The translations under genes and the position numbers were made by a program. From the NCBI GenBank assembly GCA_963761305.1, contig CAVXGK010000002.1:3200001-3264000 (forward strand): DNA of 64,000 bases, written 5' to 3'. Shown in pieces: positions 53,337-63,589 of this stretch. The notes under the pieces were generated by a model. It was given only the letters and a program-made list of their open reading frames with translations, ran no database searches and was not told the DNA's origin. Position 1 is the stretch's first letter; each line of letters starts with the position of its first letter. This DNA comes from an uncultured Gemmatimonadaceae bacterium. GTDB lineage: Bacteria > Gemmatimonadota > Gemmatimonadetes > Gemmatimonadales > Gemmatimonadaceae.

Positions 53337-54299
53337 ATGCTCGCGCCCGCGATCCTGCTCGCGCTGCTCCAAGGCGCAACGGCGGTTTCGCCGATCGTGA
53401 AGATCGACAGCCGCGAGCAGGGCCGCACGTTCTACATCGACACCGACAAGCCGGAGGTCCGGAAGGCGCTGCGCGATGTGTCGGCGCCGTCGCGGGCCGG
53501 GCCGATTCCGTTCTGGCTGCCGTCCTACCCTGCCGCGCGGCTCGTACCGCACCACGGCAACGACCCGGTCGATTTCGGCGTCGAGGAGTACACCACCGGC
53601 GCGACACCGGATGTCGTCTTCGCGCACTACGAATCGGCGATTCACGCGGCCAACGCGACGATCACCTACATCAACCGGCAGCCCGGCCGCGGCGGCGCGA
53701 TTCACGCCGACGACAGCACGCGCTCGGCGGTCGTCTCGGTGTCGCCCGGTCCGAGGGCGACGGATATCACCGTCAACTGGCGGCCGAGAGTCCTCGTGCC
53801 GGTGTCGCTCGCGAAAAGCGCGCGTCTCGTCGCCGTGTGGTACGACGACGGGCCGCAAACGCTTCGCCTTCGCGATCCGACGACCCGAAAAGAGTACGAG
53901 CTCGGCATGGCGACGATACTGGGCTACGCGCGCTCGGTGCCGCTCGAGCCGTCGGCGCACGCGGATTTTCCCGCGTGGCTCCCGTTCTATCCCGGCGCCA
54001 AGGTCGTCGTCGCGAACGCTCCGCCGGCTGGTTGGAAGCCGCAGAAGTTCGAAGACATGCGCACGTACAATATCGAGATGGAATCGACGGCGTCGGTCGC
54101 CGAGATCACCGCGTTCTACCGCGGCACGCTCCAACGCCACGGATTCAAGATCACGAGCGACACGCGTTCTCAGGACTGGGCCGCGGGGCTCGAGGCGCGA
54201 TCCGCCGACCGGAGGCACCAGGTGTTCGTCAACGTGCTCAAGCGAACGAAGGACACCTCGATCCGTCTCACCGATCACTACACGACGCCGCGGCCGTAG
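53337..54299 (+). CDS. Secreted hypothetical protein with an internal domain duplication
   Basis: Hydrophobic N-terminus; two PxWLPxYP motifs each followed by a similar helix-forming segment. Confidence 0.75.
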   Translation: MLAPAILLALLQGATAVSPIVKIDSREQGRTFYIDTDKPEVRKALRDVSAPSRAGPIPFWLPSYPAARLVPHHGNDPVDFGVEEYTTGATPDVVFAHYESAIHAANATITYINRQPGRGGAIHADDSTRSAVVSVSPGPRATDITVNWRPRVLVPVSLAKSARLVAVWYDDGPQTLRLRDPTTRKEYELGMATILGYARSVPLEPSAHADFPAWLPFYPGAKVVVANAPPAGWKPQKFEDMRTYNIEMESTASVAEITAFYRGTLQRHGFKITSDTRSQDWAAGLEARSADRRHQVFVNVLKRTKDTSIRLTDHYTTPRP

Positions 54300-54335
54300 G
54301 CGGCGAGCGCCCTCTGTCGGCGACGTCGCGGCGGC

Positions 54336-54382
54336 TTGACATCCGCGCGGGCGTCTCGCACTCTTCACAAACCTGGTTCGTG
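54336..54382 (+). promoter_or_regulatory. Promoter and putative PadR operator (copy 2)
   Basis: TTGACA 54336-54341, weak -10 CACTCT 54359-54364, palindrome CACAAACCTGGTTCGTG 54366-54382. Confidence 0.7.
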
Positions 54383-54392
54383 GAGAGGCCCT

Positions 54393-54731
54393 CTGGCTCG
54401 CGACGTCAACGATCTCCTGTACGGTTCCCTCGATATGCTGGTCCTCAAGGCGCTCGCCTGGGGACCGCGGCATGGCTACACGATCGCCCAGTGGATCGAG
54501 GATCGAGCCAAGGGTGAGCTCGCGATCGTCGACGTCGCGCTCTACAAGGCGCTCCACCGCCTTGAAAGCGCCGGCGCGGTCGACGCCGAGTGGGGGGTTT
54601 CGGCGAACAACCGGCGAGCGAAGTACTACTCGCTCACAGCCAAGGGCCGCCGCGCCCTCACCGCGGAAGCCGCCGTTTGGCGTCGCTACGCCGCCGCCGT
54701 GGGAGCAGTGCTCGACAGCCTGGAGGCCTGA
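54393..54731 (+). CDS. PadR-family transcriptional regulator (probable CTG start)
   Basis: Aligns end-to-end with the 37207-37539 paralog ([21 protein letters not shown] vs MPRDASDLLHGTLDILVLKAL); GGAGAGG upstream. Confidence 0.9.
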   Translation: MARDVNDLLYGSLDMLVLKALAWGPRHGYTIAQWIEDRAKGELAIVDVALYKALHRLESAGAVDAEWGVSANNRRAKYYSLTAKGRRALTAEAAVWRRYAAAVGAVLDSLEA

Positions 54732-54733
54732 CC

Positions 54734-57424
54734 GTGCCGATTCGCCTTCCGGCCGGCATCCGCCGGCTCTTCCGCCTTCCGTTCTCGCCCGATCGGGCGC
54801 GTCGCGAGATCAACGACGAGGTCCGCTTTCATCTCGAGATGCGCGGACAGGCGCTGCGCGAGCGCGGCCTGGATGCGCGAGAGGCCGAGCGCGCGGCGCT
54901 CGCCCGCTTCGGCGACCCGGCGGAGCTTCATGAGTATTCTCGCGACGTGGTGCTGCCGAGTAGGCAACGGCATCGCTTTCTCGAGACCGCCCACTCGGTC
55001 GCCCAAGACGTGCGCTTCGGCACCAGGCAACTGTTCCGCGCGCCCAGCTTCGCGGCGACGGCGATCGTGGTGTGCGCGCTTGGCATCGGCGCGAACACCG
55101 CGTTGTTCAGCGTCGTCCATCGGCTCATCCTGGATCCGCTGCCGTTCGCCGACGGCAAGCGCATGGTCATGCTCGAAACGACGGCGAACGGCGGAGCGTT
55201 TCTCGTCGAGCCGACGCAGCACATCGTAGACACATGGATCACCGGCGCGCGAGCGGTCGACCACATCGTCCCCGTGCACGATCGCGGCGTCGTGCTTGGC
55301 GACACGGCTGCGGACGTTCCTACGAAGGGGTACGGCGTCGCCACGGTGCCGGGCGCTCTGGCGTTCGTTCGAGCGCGTCCCGTGCTCGGCCGCGATCTCG
55401 TGGGCGACGACACGCTCGCCGACGCGCGGCCGATCGTCCTGATCGGCTACGGCCTCTGGCAGCGCGACTTCGGCGGACGATCGGACGTGCTCGGGAAGCA
55501 GGTGCTCGTGGACGGCGAGGCGAAGCTCGTGGTGGGCGTGTTACCGCAGGATTTCGCGCTGCCGTTGATCGGCGGCGCGGCCGGCGTGGTCGATATGCTG
55601 GAGGCGCTTCCACACGCCGGCGCCGATCGCCCCGTCACGGCGATCGCGATGCTCAAGCCAGGGGTCACGCCCGCCGACGCCAATCGCGAGCTGGCGTCAC
55701 TCTTTCCGGCGGCACGCCTCGACAACGAGGCGTCGCGACTCGGTGGCCGGCGGACCGCGGGGGACATGCCGCGCGTCGTCACTGGCATCGACCTCGTCGG
55801 AGACAACTATCGTCGAATCCTCATCATGCTGTTCGGCGCCGTCGGCTTCGTGCTCGTCATCGCGTGCGCGAACGTCGCCAACCTCATGTTGTCGCGCGCA
55901 TGGTCGCGGCAGCGTGAATTCGCCGTACGTCGCGCCCTCGGCGCCGGGCGCGGCCGGCTCGTTCGCCAAATGCTCACCGAGAGTCTCTTGATCGGCGTGG
56001 CAGGAGGCGCGTTGGGACTCGGTGTGGCCTGGGCGACGCTCCGCGTCATGGTCGCGGTGCAGCCGCCGCGGAGTACGGAGCTGAACGGCGCGCATCTCGA
56101 TGCGTCAGTGCTCCTCTGGAGCCTCGGTGTGGCGCTGGTCACGGGCATCCTGCTTGGTGCCGGACCCGCGTTTTTCGCGTCGGGCGACGACGTATCAAGC
56201 TCTTTGAAATCCGCCAGCCGAACCGCCGCCGGCAGTGCGCGGGCGAGCAGTCTGCGTGCCGGGCTCGTCGTGCTCGAAATCGCGTTGTCGGTGACGCTGC
56301 TCGCGGGGGCCGGACTGCTCGTGCGCTCGCTCGTGGCGATGAACCGCTACGACGTGGGGTTCGACCCTCACGGCCTCGAGGCTATTCCGATTCCGATCTT
56401 CGCGAAGCGGTATGACCTCGTCGCGCGGCGCTCGATCCTCGAGGCGATGCTCGAGCGCACGAAGCGGACAGCGGGCGTCCAAGGTGCCGCCTACGCCCTC
56501 ATGCTGCCTCCGGACTACGGAGTGAGCGTGGCTCACCTCGACATTGACGGCATTCCGTCGGCCGACACGGACTCGCTCAAGTTCGTCGGGATTCAGAGCG
56601 CGACGCCGGACTACTTCAAAGTCGCCGGCATCAAGGTGCTGCAGGGTCGCGTGTTCTCGCCGAACACGGCGCTGAGCGACAAGCTCATGTCCGACGAGGT
56701 GATGATCAGCGAATCCTTCGCGCGGCGCTTCTGGCCCGCCGCGAGCCCGCTTGGCAGCCGACTTCGACTCGGGCAGTTGGGTTGGTCGACGATCGTCGGG
56801 GTAGTGCCCGACATTCAGTCGCCGGGTTCCTTGCGAGGGATTCGCGGGTTGCAAATCTACGAAGCACTGCCAACCGCGCCGTCCAATCCGATGCTCATCG
56901 TGCGCGGCAGCCTGCCTCCAGGTGAACTGTCAGCGATCGTCCGCCGAGTCGCACACGAAATCGATCCGTCGCTCAAACTTCGGCACGACGCCGGAACGGC
57001 TGAGGCGAACGTCGCACATTCAATGGCGGTGCACCGATTCGTGCTGACGCTCCTGGGCGGCTTCGCGGTGCTCGCGCTCGTGCTCGCGGCGATCGGGCTG
57101 TACGGAGTCATCGCTTACGGCGTAAGCCAACGCACGCGCGAAACGGGAGTTCGCATCGCGCTCGGCGCGAACGCGGCCGACGTTGTCACGATGGTGCTTC
57201 GCGAAGCGCTGTCGCTCTCGGCGATCGGCATCGTGGTCGGCGGCGCGGGGGCGGTGGCGGCCACGCGGGCGCTGCGCGGCCTGCTGTTCGGCGTACAGCC
57301 CGGCGATCCGGCGACTCTCGGCGCAACGGCGCTGCTTCTCGCGGTCGTCGCCATCGCGGCTGCCTATTTGCCGGCACGTCGAGCGGCATCCACGGATCCG
57401 GTCGAGGCGCTGCGCGCGGAGTAG
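54734..57424 (+). CDS. Duplicated MacB/FtsX-type ABC permease (ADOP-like) with N-terminal prefix domain
   Basis: GTG start 2 nt after pad[51 protein letters not shown]. Confidence 0.92.
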   Translation: MPIRLPAGIRRLFRLPFSPDRARREINDEVRFHLEMRGQALRERGLDAREAERAALARFGDPAELHEYSRDVVLPSRQRHRFLETAHSVAQDVRFGTRQLFRAPSFAATAIVVCALGIGANTALFSVVHRLILDPLPFADGKRMVMLETTANGGAFLVEPTQHIVDTWITGARAVDHIVPVHDRGVVLGDTAADVPTKGYGVATVPGALAFVRARPVLGRDLVGDDTLADARPIVLIGYGLWQRDFGGRSDVLGKQVLVDGEAKLVVGVLPQDFALPLIGGAAGVVDMLEALPHAGADRPVTAIAMLKPGVTPADANRELASLFPAARLDNEASRLGGRRTAGDMPRVVTGIDLVGDNYRRILIMLFGAVGFVLVIACANVANLMLSRAWSRQREFAVRRALGAGRGRLVRQMLTESLLIGVAGGALGLGVAWATLRVMVAVQPPRSTELNGAHLDASVLLWSLGVALVTGILLGAGPAFFASGDDVSSSLKSASRTAAGSARASSLRAGLVVLEIALSVTLLAGAGLLVRSLVAMNRYDVGFDPHGLEAIPIPIFAKRYDLVARRSILEAMLERTKRTAGVQGAAYALMLPPDYGVSVAHLDIDGIPSADTDSLKFVGIQSATPDYFKVAGIKVLQGRVFSPNTALSDKLMSDEVMISESFARRFWPAASPLGSRLRLGQLGWSTIVGVVPDIQSPGSLRGIRGLQIYEALPTAPSNPMLIVRGSLPPGELSAIVRRVAHEIDPSLKLRHDAGTAEANVAHSMAVHRFVLTLLGGFAVLALVLAAIGLYGVIAYGVSQRTRETGVRIALGANAADVVTMVLREALSLSAIGIVVGGAGAVAATRALRGLLFGVQPGDPATLGATALLLAVVAIAAAYLPARRAASTDPVEALRAE

Positions 57425-57549
57425 ATTGCGGCCCGTGCTTCCAGCACGGCGTCGAGTGCGGCTGCCCGGGGTTGATGGCATGTCGAGTGTCTGAAGGGCG
57501 ATACCCACGGTTCGACGATAGCGCCCGCCATGCACCGACCGTTTCCCGC

Positions 57550-59973
57550 ATGACCGACTTCATCCGCTCGATCCGCATCACGCTGCGCGGCCTCGGCCGC
57601 ACACCTGCGTTCACGATCGCCGCCGTGACGATTCTCGGCTTGGGGATCGGCACCGCGGTCGCCGTGTTCACGGTGTTCCGCGCGGTGCTGTACCAGCGGA
57701 TTCCCGTACCCGATCCGGATCGCGTCGTTCAGATCTCGACCTACAGGGATGATCCGAGCGTCGAATTCGGGCTGGTGAAGAGCGACTTGAAAGTCATCAA
57801 GCAGCAAAGCCGCACGATGCGGAGCATCGGCGGCTACGCGCATTGGGGGACGTCGCAGGGCCCGCTCGTCGACGGCGACCGCACCCTGACCCTCGGCCGC
57901 GTGGTCGTGAGCGGGGGTTTCTTCGACGTGCTGGGTGCGCGTCCCGCGGCCGGACGATTGTTGAGGCCCGAGGACGACGTCGTCGGCGCGACGCCCGCGC
58001 TCGTGATCAGTTACCAGAACTGGCAACGATGGTTCGGCGGCGATCCGAAAGTCGTCGGCCATCATATATACGAGCCGTACTCGCAGCTCACCTACACCAT
58101 CGTCGGCGTTGCGCCGGCCGGCCTCGATTTTCCAAACGGCGCCGGATACTGGCTGCCGTGGCCGTCGCCTGACACCGGCAACACCGGCTTCAGCACGATC
58201 GCCATCGCGCGCCTCGCGCCGCACGCGACGCCGTCGTCGGCGGCGAGCGAATTGGTGTCGATCATCAAGCGAACCCCGCTGGCGGGATGGCGCACCGCCG
58301 AGAACGGGATCACCGGTGCGAAAGTCGTCCCGTTCACGCAAGCGATGTTGGGCGACGCGCGTCCGGCGCTGATCGCGCTCACCTCGGCCGTCGTGCTGCT
58401 GCTCGTGATCGCGTGCGTGAACGTCGGCGGGTTGCTGCTGTTGCGCGCCGGCACGCGCGCGCGTGAGCTGGCGATCCGCCGTGCGCTCGGCGCGACCTAC
58501 GCCGATGTCACGCGACAACTGCTGTTGGAAAGCGCGGTGCTCGCCGCGGGCGGCGGCGTGTTGGGGTTGTTGTGCGCGGTGACTCTGATTCGGTTGCTCG
58601 TCGCCGTGGCGCCGTCGCGCTTGCCGAGGCTCGACGTGATTCAGCTGTCGGGCGCGCCGGTGTTCATGGCGATCGGCGCGACGATTCTCGCCGTGCTGCT
58701 GTTCGGCGTCGTGCCGTCGCTGCTCGCCGCGCGCACCGACGTCGCGTCGACGCTGCGTCTCGACGCGCGTTCGGGACGAGACTCAGCGGCGCGCCGGCGT
58801 TTCCGCCACGTGCTCGTTGCCGCGCAGACGATGCTCGCGCTGGTCATGCTCGCCGGCGGCGCGCTGCTCGCGCGCAGTCTGGCGCGACTCGAGTCGATCG
58901 ACCTCGGGTACAACGCGGATCATCTCACGCATCTCGCGACGTCGTGGCCGTCGAAGAAGTACGACTCGGTGTACAAGTACTATCCGGTCGGCGAAGACAT
59001 TCTTCGGCGATGGCGCGCGATTCCCGGCGTCGTCGCGCTCACGCCCGAGCTGATTCCGCCGCTGGTCGGCGAGAACGTTTTTCTCGCGCGCGTGGACAAG
59101 GAAGGCCAGCCCCCGAGCCAGCACGCGTCGAATCCGTTCTTCCCCGAGCTCAGCGGCGACAAGGACTACTTTCGCACGTTCGGGTCGCCGATCCTTCGCG
59201 GCCGCGCGTTCACCGACGCCGATCGCGAGAATGCTTCGCTGGTCGCGATCGTGAGCGAGATGGCGGCAAAGCGGCTGTGGCCGGGTGAAGATCCGATCGG
59301 CAAGCGCATCCACTATTTGTCGCAAGACAGCACGGCGTGGCGCACGGTGGTCGGAGTCGTCGGCGACGCACGCATTCGAGCGCTGCGAACGACGGCGCCG
59401 CTGATCTACGTGCCGTGGCGTCAGATGGACTTCTGGCAGTTCAGCTTCGCCATGCGGACCCGCGGCGACATCTCGGGCGTGCTGCCCGCGATGCGGCAGG
59501 CGGTCGCCGCGGTCGACCCGCAGATGAAGCTCTGGTACGTGCACCCGATGGACGACCTGCTCGACGCACCCCTCGCGCAGCCACGAATGAGTGCTCTTCT
59601 CATGTCGGTGTTCGCGGTCGCCGCGCTTTTGCTGGCGGCCATCGGACTCTACGGCCTGATGGCTTCGATCGTCCGCGAGCGCACGCGCGAGATCGGGATC
59701 CGCATGGCGCTCGGCGCGTCACCGGAACGCCTGCGGCGAGACGTGTTGATTCAGGCGCTCACGGTCTCGGGCGCCGGCGCGCTCGTCGGGCTCGTGGCGG
59801 CGTTCGGGACGTCGCGGGTTTTATCGGCGATCCTGTTCGAGGTGAGCCCGAGCGATCCGATCGCGCTCGCCGCGGCGTGCGGCGTGTTGCTGGTCGTCGT
59901 GCTGCTGGCCGCGTACGGCCCGGCGCGTCGCGCGACGCAGATCGACCCGGCGAACGCGTTGCGCGCCGACTAG
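57550..59973 (+). CDS. Duplicated MacB/FtsX-type ABC permease (ADOP-like), no prefix domain
   Basis: LGLGIGTAVAVF, IACVNVGGLLL, RTREIGIRMALGA, PARRATQIDPANALRAD. Confidence 0.92.
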   Translation: MTDFIRSIRITLRGLGRTPAFTIAAVTILGLGIGTAVAVFTVFRAVLYQRIPVPDPDRVVQISTYRDDPSVEFGLVKSDLKVIKQQSRTMRSIGGYAHWGTSQGPLVDGDRTLTLGRVVVSGGFFDVLGARPAAGRLLRPEDDVVGATPALVISYQNWQRWFGGDPKVVGHHIYEPYSQLTYTIVGVAPAGLDFPNGAGYWLPWPSPDTGNTGFSTIAIARLAPHATPSSAASELVSIIKRTPLAGWRTAENGITGAKVVPFTQAMLGDARPALIALTSAVVLLLVIACVNVGGLLLLRAGTRARELAIRRALGATYADVTRQLLLESAVLAAGGGVLGLLCAVTLIRLLVAVAPSRLPRLDVIQLSGAPVFMAIGATILAVLLFGVVPSLLAARTDVASTLRLDARSGRDSAARRRFRHVLVAAQTMLALVMLAGGALLARSLARLESIDLGYNADHLTHLATSWPSKKYDSVYKYYPVGEDILRRWRAIPGVVALTPELIPPLVGENVFLARVDKEGQPPSQHASNPFFPELSGDKDYFRTFGSPILRGRAFTDADRENASLVAIVSEMAAKRLWPGEDPIGKRIHYLSQDSTAWRTVVGVVGDARIRALRTTAPLIYVPWRQMDFWQFSFAMRTRGDISGVLPAMRQAVAAVDPQMKLWYVHPMDDLLDAPLAQPRMSALLMSVFAVAALLLAAIGLYGLMASIVRERTREIGIRMALGASPERLRRDVLIQALTVSGAGALVGLVAAFGTSRVLSAILFEVSPSDPIALAAACGVLLVVVLLAAYGPARRATQIDPANALRAD

Positions 59974-60257
59974 GCGCGAACGAGTTGTCCGCGCCCGTCG
60001 TGTCGGGAAAGCGCTGACACGACGCAGGCGCGCGCCGAATTCAACCGCATTCAACCGCAAGATTCTTTGCATCGCGCGCGCCTCGTGTGCGCGCCATCAC
60101 GTGGCACGCATGAGCATCCTCACATGAGAGCGCCGAGGAACCATTCACGTGCGCGGGAGATTCACGCGATAGTAGTCGGCGGCGCGTAGGACAAAGGCTG
60201 ACGCTCGTCGCCGTGATTCCGCGGGTCTCCCCACAAGCTTCGCGAGGTACACGACGT

Positions 60258-61016
60258 ATGCAGCACACATGGAACACGTACGGGCTTGCATCGCTGGTCG
60301 CGCTCACGAGTCTCGCGGCGGCGTGCAGCGATGCGACGAGCGCAAAGAACTCGGCGAGCCAACTCGGCTTCACGACTGGCGCATCGCTCGGCGCGAACGC
60401 CGACGCCGCGCCGATCACCGTCGGCGGACACACGCTCAATCTCACCGCCGTGAGTCTCACCGTGTCGCGCGCCGAAGCGAAACCGGCGGCGACGGCCGTC
60501 TGCGCTGACGACAACGAGGGCGCCGACGACGACCGCGGGCCCGGCGGCCGCAACGGCAACAACGACGCAAACGATCACGACGACTGCGACGAGATGAAGG
60601 TGGGTCCGACGACGATCGATCTGCCGCTCGACGGCAGCGTCGTCACCGTGCCGGCGGACGCGCTGCCGGCGGGTACGTTCCAGCAGCTCGAGCTTCGCCT
60701 TGCGTTCGTTCGCCTGCAGGGCACGTTCGATGGCACACCGTTCGACGTGACGGTCTCGGCGCCCGTGCGCGGCGAGATCGAGTTCAGCACGCCGATCGTC
60801 GTGACCGCCGGAACGCAGACGTCGATCACCGTGATGGTTCCGATCACCACATGGCTGACGAACCCCGACGGCTCGCTGCTCGATCCGTCGCAGTTGAACG
60901 CGAACGCGACCTTGCGCAATCAGTTCATCAGCCGAATCGCGGCGTCGTTCGGTGCGTTCGAGGACGAGAACCACGACGGCCACGACGATCATGGCGGGAA
61001 TCGCGGCCCGGGCTGA
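60258..61016 (+). CDS. Hypothetical lipoprotein with Asp/His-rich segments
   Basis: GAGG upstream, lipobox LAAAC, beta-rich body. Confidence 0.8.
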   Translation: MQHTWNTYGLASLVALTSLAAACSDATSAKNSASQLGFTTGASLGANADAAPITVGGHTLNLTAVSLTVSRAEAKPAATAVCADDNEGADDDRGPGGRNGNNDANDHDDCDEMKVGPTTIDLPLDGSVVTVPADALPAGTFQQLELRLAFVRLQGTFDGTPFDVTVSAPVRGEIEFSTPIVVTAGTQTSITVMVPITTWLTNPDGSLLDPSQLNANATLRNQFISRIAASFGAFEDENHDGHDDHGGNRGPG

Positions 61017-61057
61017 TTGGCTGGCGACTCGACGGACAGGCTGAGGTGGTGGAGATT

Positions 61058-61089
61058 ATGAAATTATTGCATTGTTCTCGCGAATCAAT
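61058..61089. promoter_or_regulatory. Putative LysR T-N11-A boxes
   Basis: AT-rich patch with ATG-N9-CAT (61058-61072) and ATTG-N11-CAAT (61071-61089) just before lysR. Confidence 0.5.
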
Positions 61090-61100
61090 GAGAATAAGTA

Positions 61101-62087
61101 ATGGCAATCAATCTCCACCACCTCCGCCTCTTTTCCGCCGTCGTGGACCACGGCGGATTCACCCGGGCGGCTGCGGAGTTGAACCTCAGCCAGCCGGCCA
61201 TCTCCAAGTCGCTGGCTGAGTTAGAGCGCCAGCTCCACGTCAGGCTGATCGATCGCAGCGGTCGCGCCGCTACCCTTACCGACGCTGGGCGCACTCTGCA
61301 TGCACGTGCGAAGGAGATTTTCGGGGTCGAGCACCTGGCCGAGCAAGAGCTGCGGGAGATTCGCGGCCTGAAGCGCGGCAGACTGCGCGTAGCCGCGACG
61401 CCGACCATAGCGATATATCTGCTGCCGCCGATTCTTGGCCGGTTCCATCGTCGGCGCCCAACCGTCGGCATCGACGTAAAGTTCGGAAGCGCGTCCGTTG
61501 TGGCCAAACTGCTCGTAGAGTCGCGCGTAGATGTCGCTATAGTGGACGATCCTGCTCCTCAGGAGCGACTCGAAATGATTCCCTGGATCGATGACGAGCT
61601 GGTGGTCATTGCGCCTCCGGATCATCCGCTCGTGGATCGAAGCCGAGTCGCTCCCGCGGATCTACAAGAGTGGCCGTTCCTGCTTGGCAGGCCTGGTTCG
61701 GCCGTACGCCGAATGGTCGAGCGAGCGCTCGACGTGCATCGCGTGAAGCTCCGCGGGATTGCGCGCATCACCGGCACGGAAGCCGTCAAGCAGTCGGTGG
61801 CAGCGGGCCTCGGTATGGCATTCATATCGAAAGCGGCCGCCGCGGATCACTTAGCGCTGGGACGACTCGCGATCGTGCCCGTCGACGGGCTGGTGATTCG
61901 CCGCCAGCTCGTGCGTCTCAAGCTGCGGGGCCGCCTCGGGGGTATCAGTCCTGCGAGCCGAGAGCTCGAGTCGCTTCTGGATGAGGCGTCGACCAACGAC
62001 GTCGCGTCCGACGCCACCGGTATCGCCGATCTGCCCGCCGGCGACCACATACCTGGCGGCGGAAACGGCGACCCGGTGGTTCTATAG
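61101..62087 (+). CDS. LysR-family transcriptional regulator (CysL/YeiE-like)
   Basis: FTRAAAELNLSQPAISKSLAELE HTH; TEAVKQSVAAGLG. Confidence 0.93.
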   Translation: MAINLHHLRLFSAVVDHGGFTRAAAELNLSQPAISKSLAELERQLHVRLIDRSGRAATLTDAGRTLHARAKEIFGVEHLAEQELREIRGLKRGRLRVAATPTIAIYLLPPILGRFHRRRPTVGIDVKFGSASVVAKLLVESRVDVAIVDDPAPQERLEMIPWIDDELVVIAPPDHPLVDRSRVAPADLQEWPFLLGRPGSAVRRMVERALDVHRVKLRGIARITGTEAVKQSVAAGLGMAFISKAAAADHLALGRLAIVPVDGLVIRRQLVRLKLRGRLGGISPASRELESLLDEASTNDVASDATGIADLPAGDHIPGGGNGDPVVL

Positions 62088-62140
62088 TTCGTCAAGGGTC
62101 CACGGAACACCGCGCCACCGGCGCGCCACGGAAACACACG

Positions 62141-63544
62141 ATGATTCGCTCGCTGTCGCGCAGCACTCGGCACCTTCACTCGCGCCACGCGATCGCGGTC
62201 GCATTGGCCACGACGCTCACTGCCGCAGCGTGCCATCACCCGCCGCCGCTACCACCCGCGCCGCCACCGCCGCTCAGCGATTCGGGGACGGCAGCGCTCA
62301 CCTGGGTGCAATCGCATCTGTCGCCGATCGTCCTCCACGACTCGACGCCGCCGGCCCAAGAGCAGCACGGTCTCGCCTCGATCGCGAGCGGAGCGAGGAT
62401 TCTCGGACTGAGCGAGCTTACCGAGGGCACCGCCGAATTTCCCGAAGTCGTCCGCCGCACGCTGATGATTCTTGCCGATTCGGGATTCAAGGCCGTCGCG
62501 ATTCAAGGGCCGATGGCCGAAGCGCTCGAGATCGATCGATACGTGCGGGGCGGCAGCCCGGTCGACGTGCGACGGCTGCTGCACGCGCTCGGGTCGTGGC
62601 GCTTCGAGACGAAGGAGATGGCGGCGTTCGTCGGCGCACTGCGCGAGTGGAATCATGCGCACCCGGACAAACAGATCGGCTTCTACGGTTTCGAGATTCC
62701 GAGTGCGGCGCTCGCCGTGCGAACGGTGACGACGCTTCCGGACTCGGTGATGGGCGCCGCGCTTCGCGGTTGGCTGACGCACGAGTACGCGTGTGTCAGG
62801 GAGAACGAGTCAGCCCACTTCGGACTCGAAGGGCGCACTGCGGACAGCGCATATTGGAACGCGTGCGCGCCGGCGACCCGCGCGGCACTCGACAGCGTCG
62901 TCGCGGCGCGGGCCCGCGCGAGCAACCCCTCCGTCGCGACCCAATTGGCGTTCGCCGAGGAGAACGCGCGTCTCATTGCCCATCACGTGGCGGTCGGCCT
63001 GCGCCATCTCGCGCGACAGGACGCCAACGCCGAGCACGTGACGTACCTGGCGAATCAGTTCGGACCGCAGGGCCGCATCGTGCTGTGGGGCGGCGACATC
63101 GAAATGGGGCGGCTCACCCAGGACAAGAATGTGCAGACCGGCGTGCCGCTCGGACAGAAACTCGGCGCCGCGTATCGGCCCGTGGCCTTCGCCATCGGCA
63201 CCGGACATTTGCGGGCGCGCGTGCCGTCCGTTAACCGCTCGGCCAACGGGCGCGGCAGCGGCGAGCCGGGATTCGCCGACACGCACGTCGCGCGGCCGGA
63301 ACAGGACTCATATGAGGACGTGCTGAATCGACTGCCGTCGTCGGGCGATTCGTACTGGCTGGACGTTCGAAACCTTCCGAGCGACAAGGCCGGCGGCTGG
63401 ATGCACGGACCGCGCTTCATGCGCCTCATCACCGAGGTGTACTCGCCCATTTTGCCGAATGCGTTCGAAACGCAGATCGAGCTGCCGTCGAACTACGACG
63501 CCATCGTCTTCGTGAAGACGCCGACGCCGGTGCATCAGCAATGA
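62141..63544 (+). CDS. Erythromycin esterase family-like lipoprotein (degenerate active site)
   Basis: Lipobox TAAAC, ARILGLSELTEGTAEF, LREWN...IGFYGFE, SYEDVL, YDAIVFV. Confidence 0.75.
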   Translation: MIRSLSRSTRHLHSRHAIAVALATTLTAAACHHPPPLPPAPPPPLSDSGTAALTWVQSHLSPIVLHDSTPPAQEQHGLASIASGARILGLSELTEGTAEFPEVVRRTLMILADSGFKAVAIQGPMAEALEIDRYVRGGSPVDVRRLLHALGSWRFETKEMAAFVGALREWNHAHPDKQIGFYGFEIPSAALAVRTVTTLPDSVMGAALRGWLTHEYACVRENESAHFGLEGRTADSAYWNACAPATRAALDSVVAARARASNPSVATQLAFAEENARLIAHHVAVGLRHLARQDANAEHVTYLANQFGPQGRIVLWGGDIEMGRLTQDKNVQTGVPLGQKLGAAYRPVAFAIGTGHLRARVPSVNRSANGRGSGEPGFADTHVARPEQDSYEDVLNRLPSSGDSYWLDVRNLPSDKAGGWMHGPRFMRLITEVYSPILPNAFETQIELPSNYDAIVFVKTPTPVHQQ

Positions 63545-63589
63545 GTTCTTGCCGCGTCCGGCACCCTCGTTGCTGTAGAACGCGCTGAC

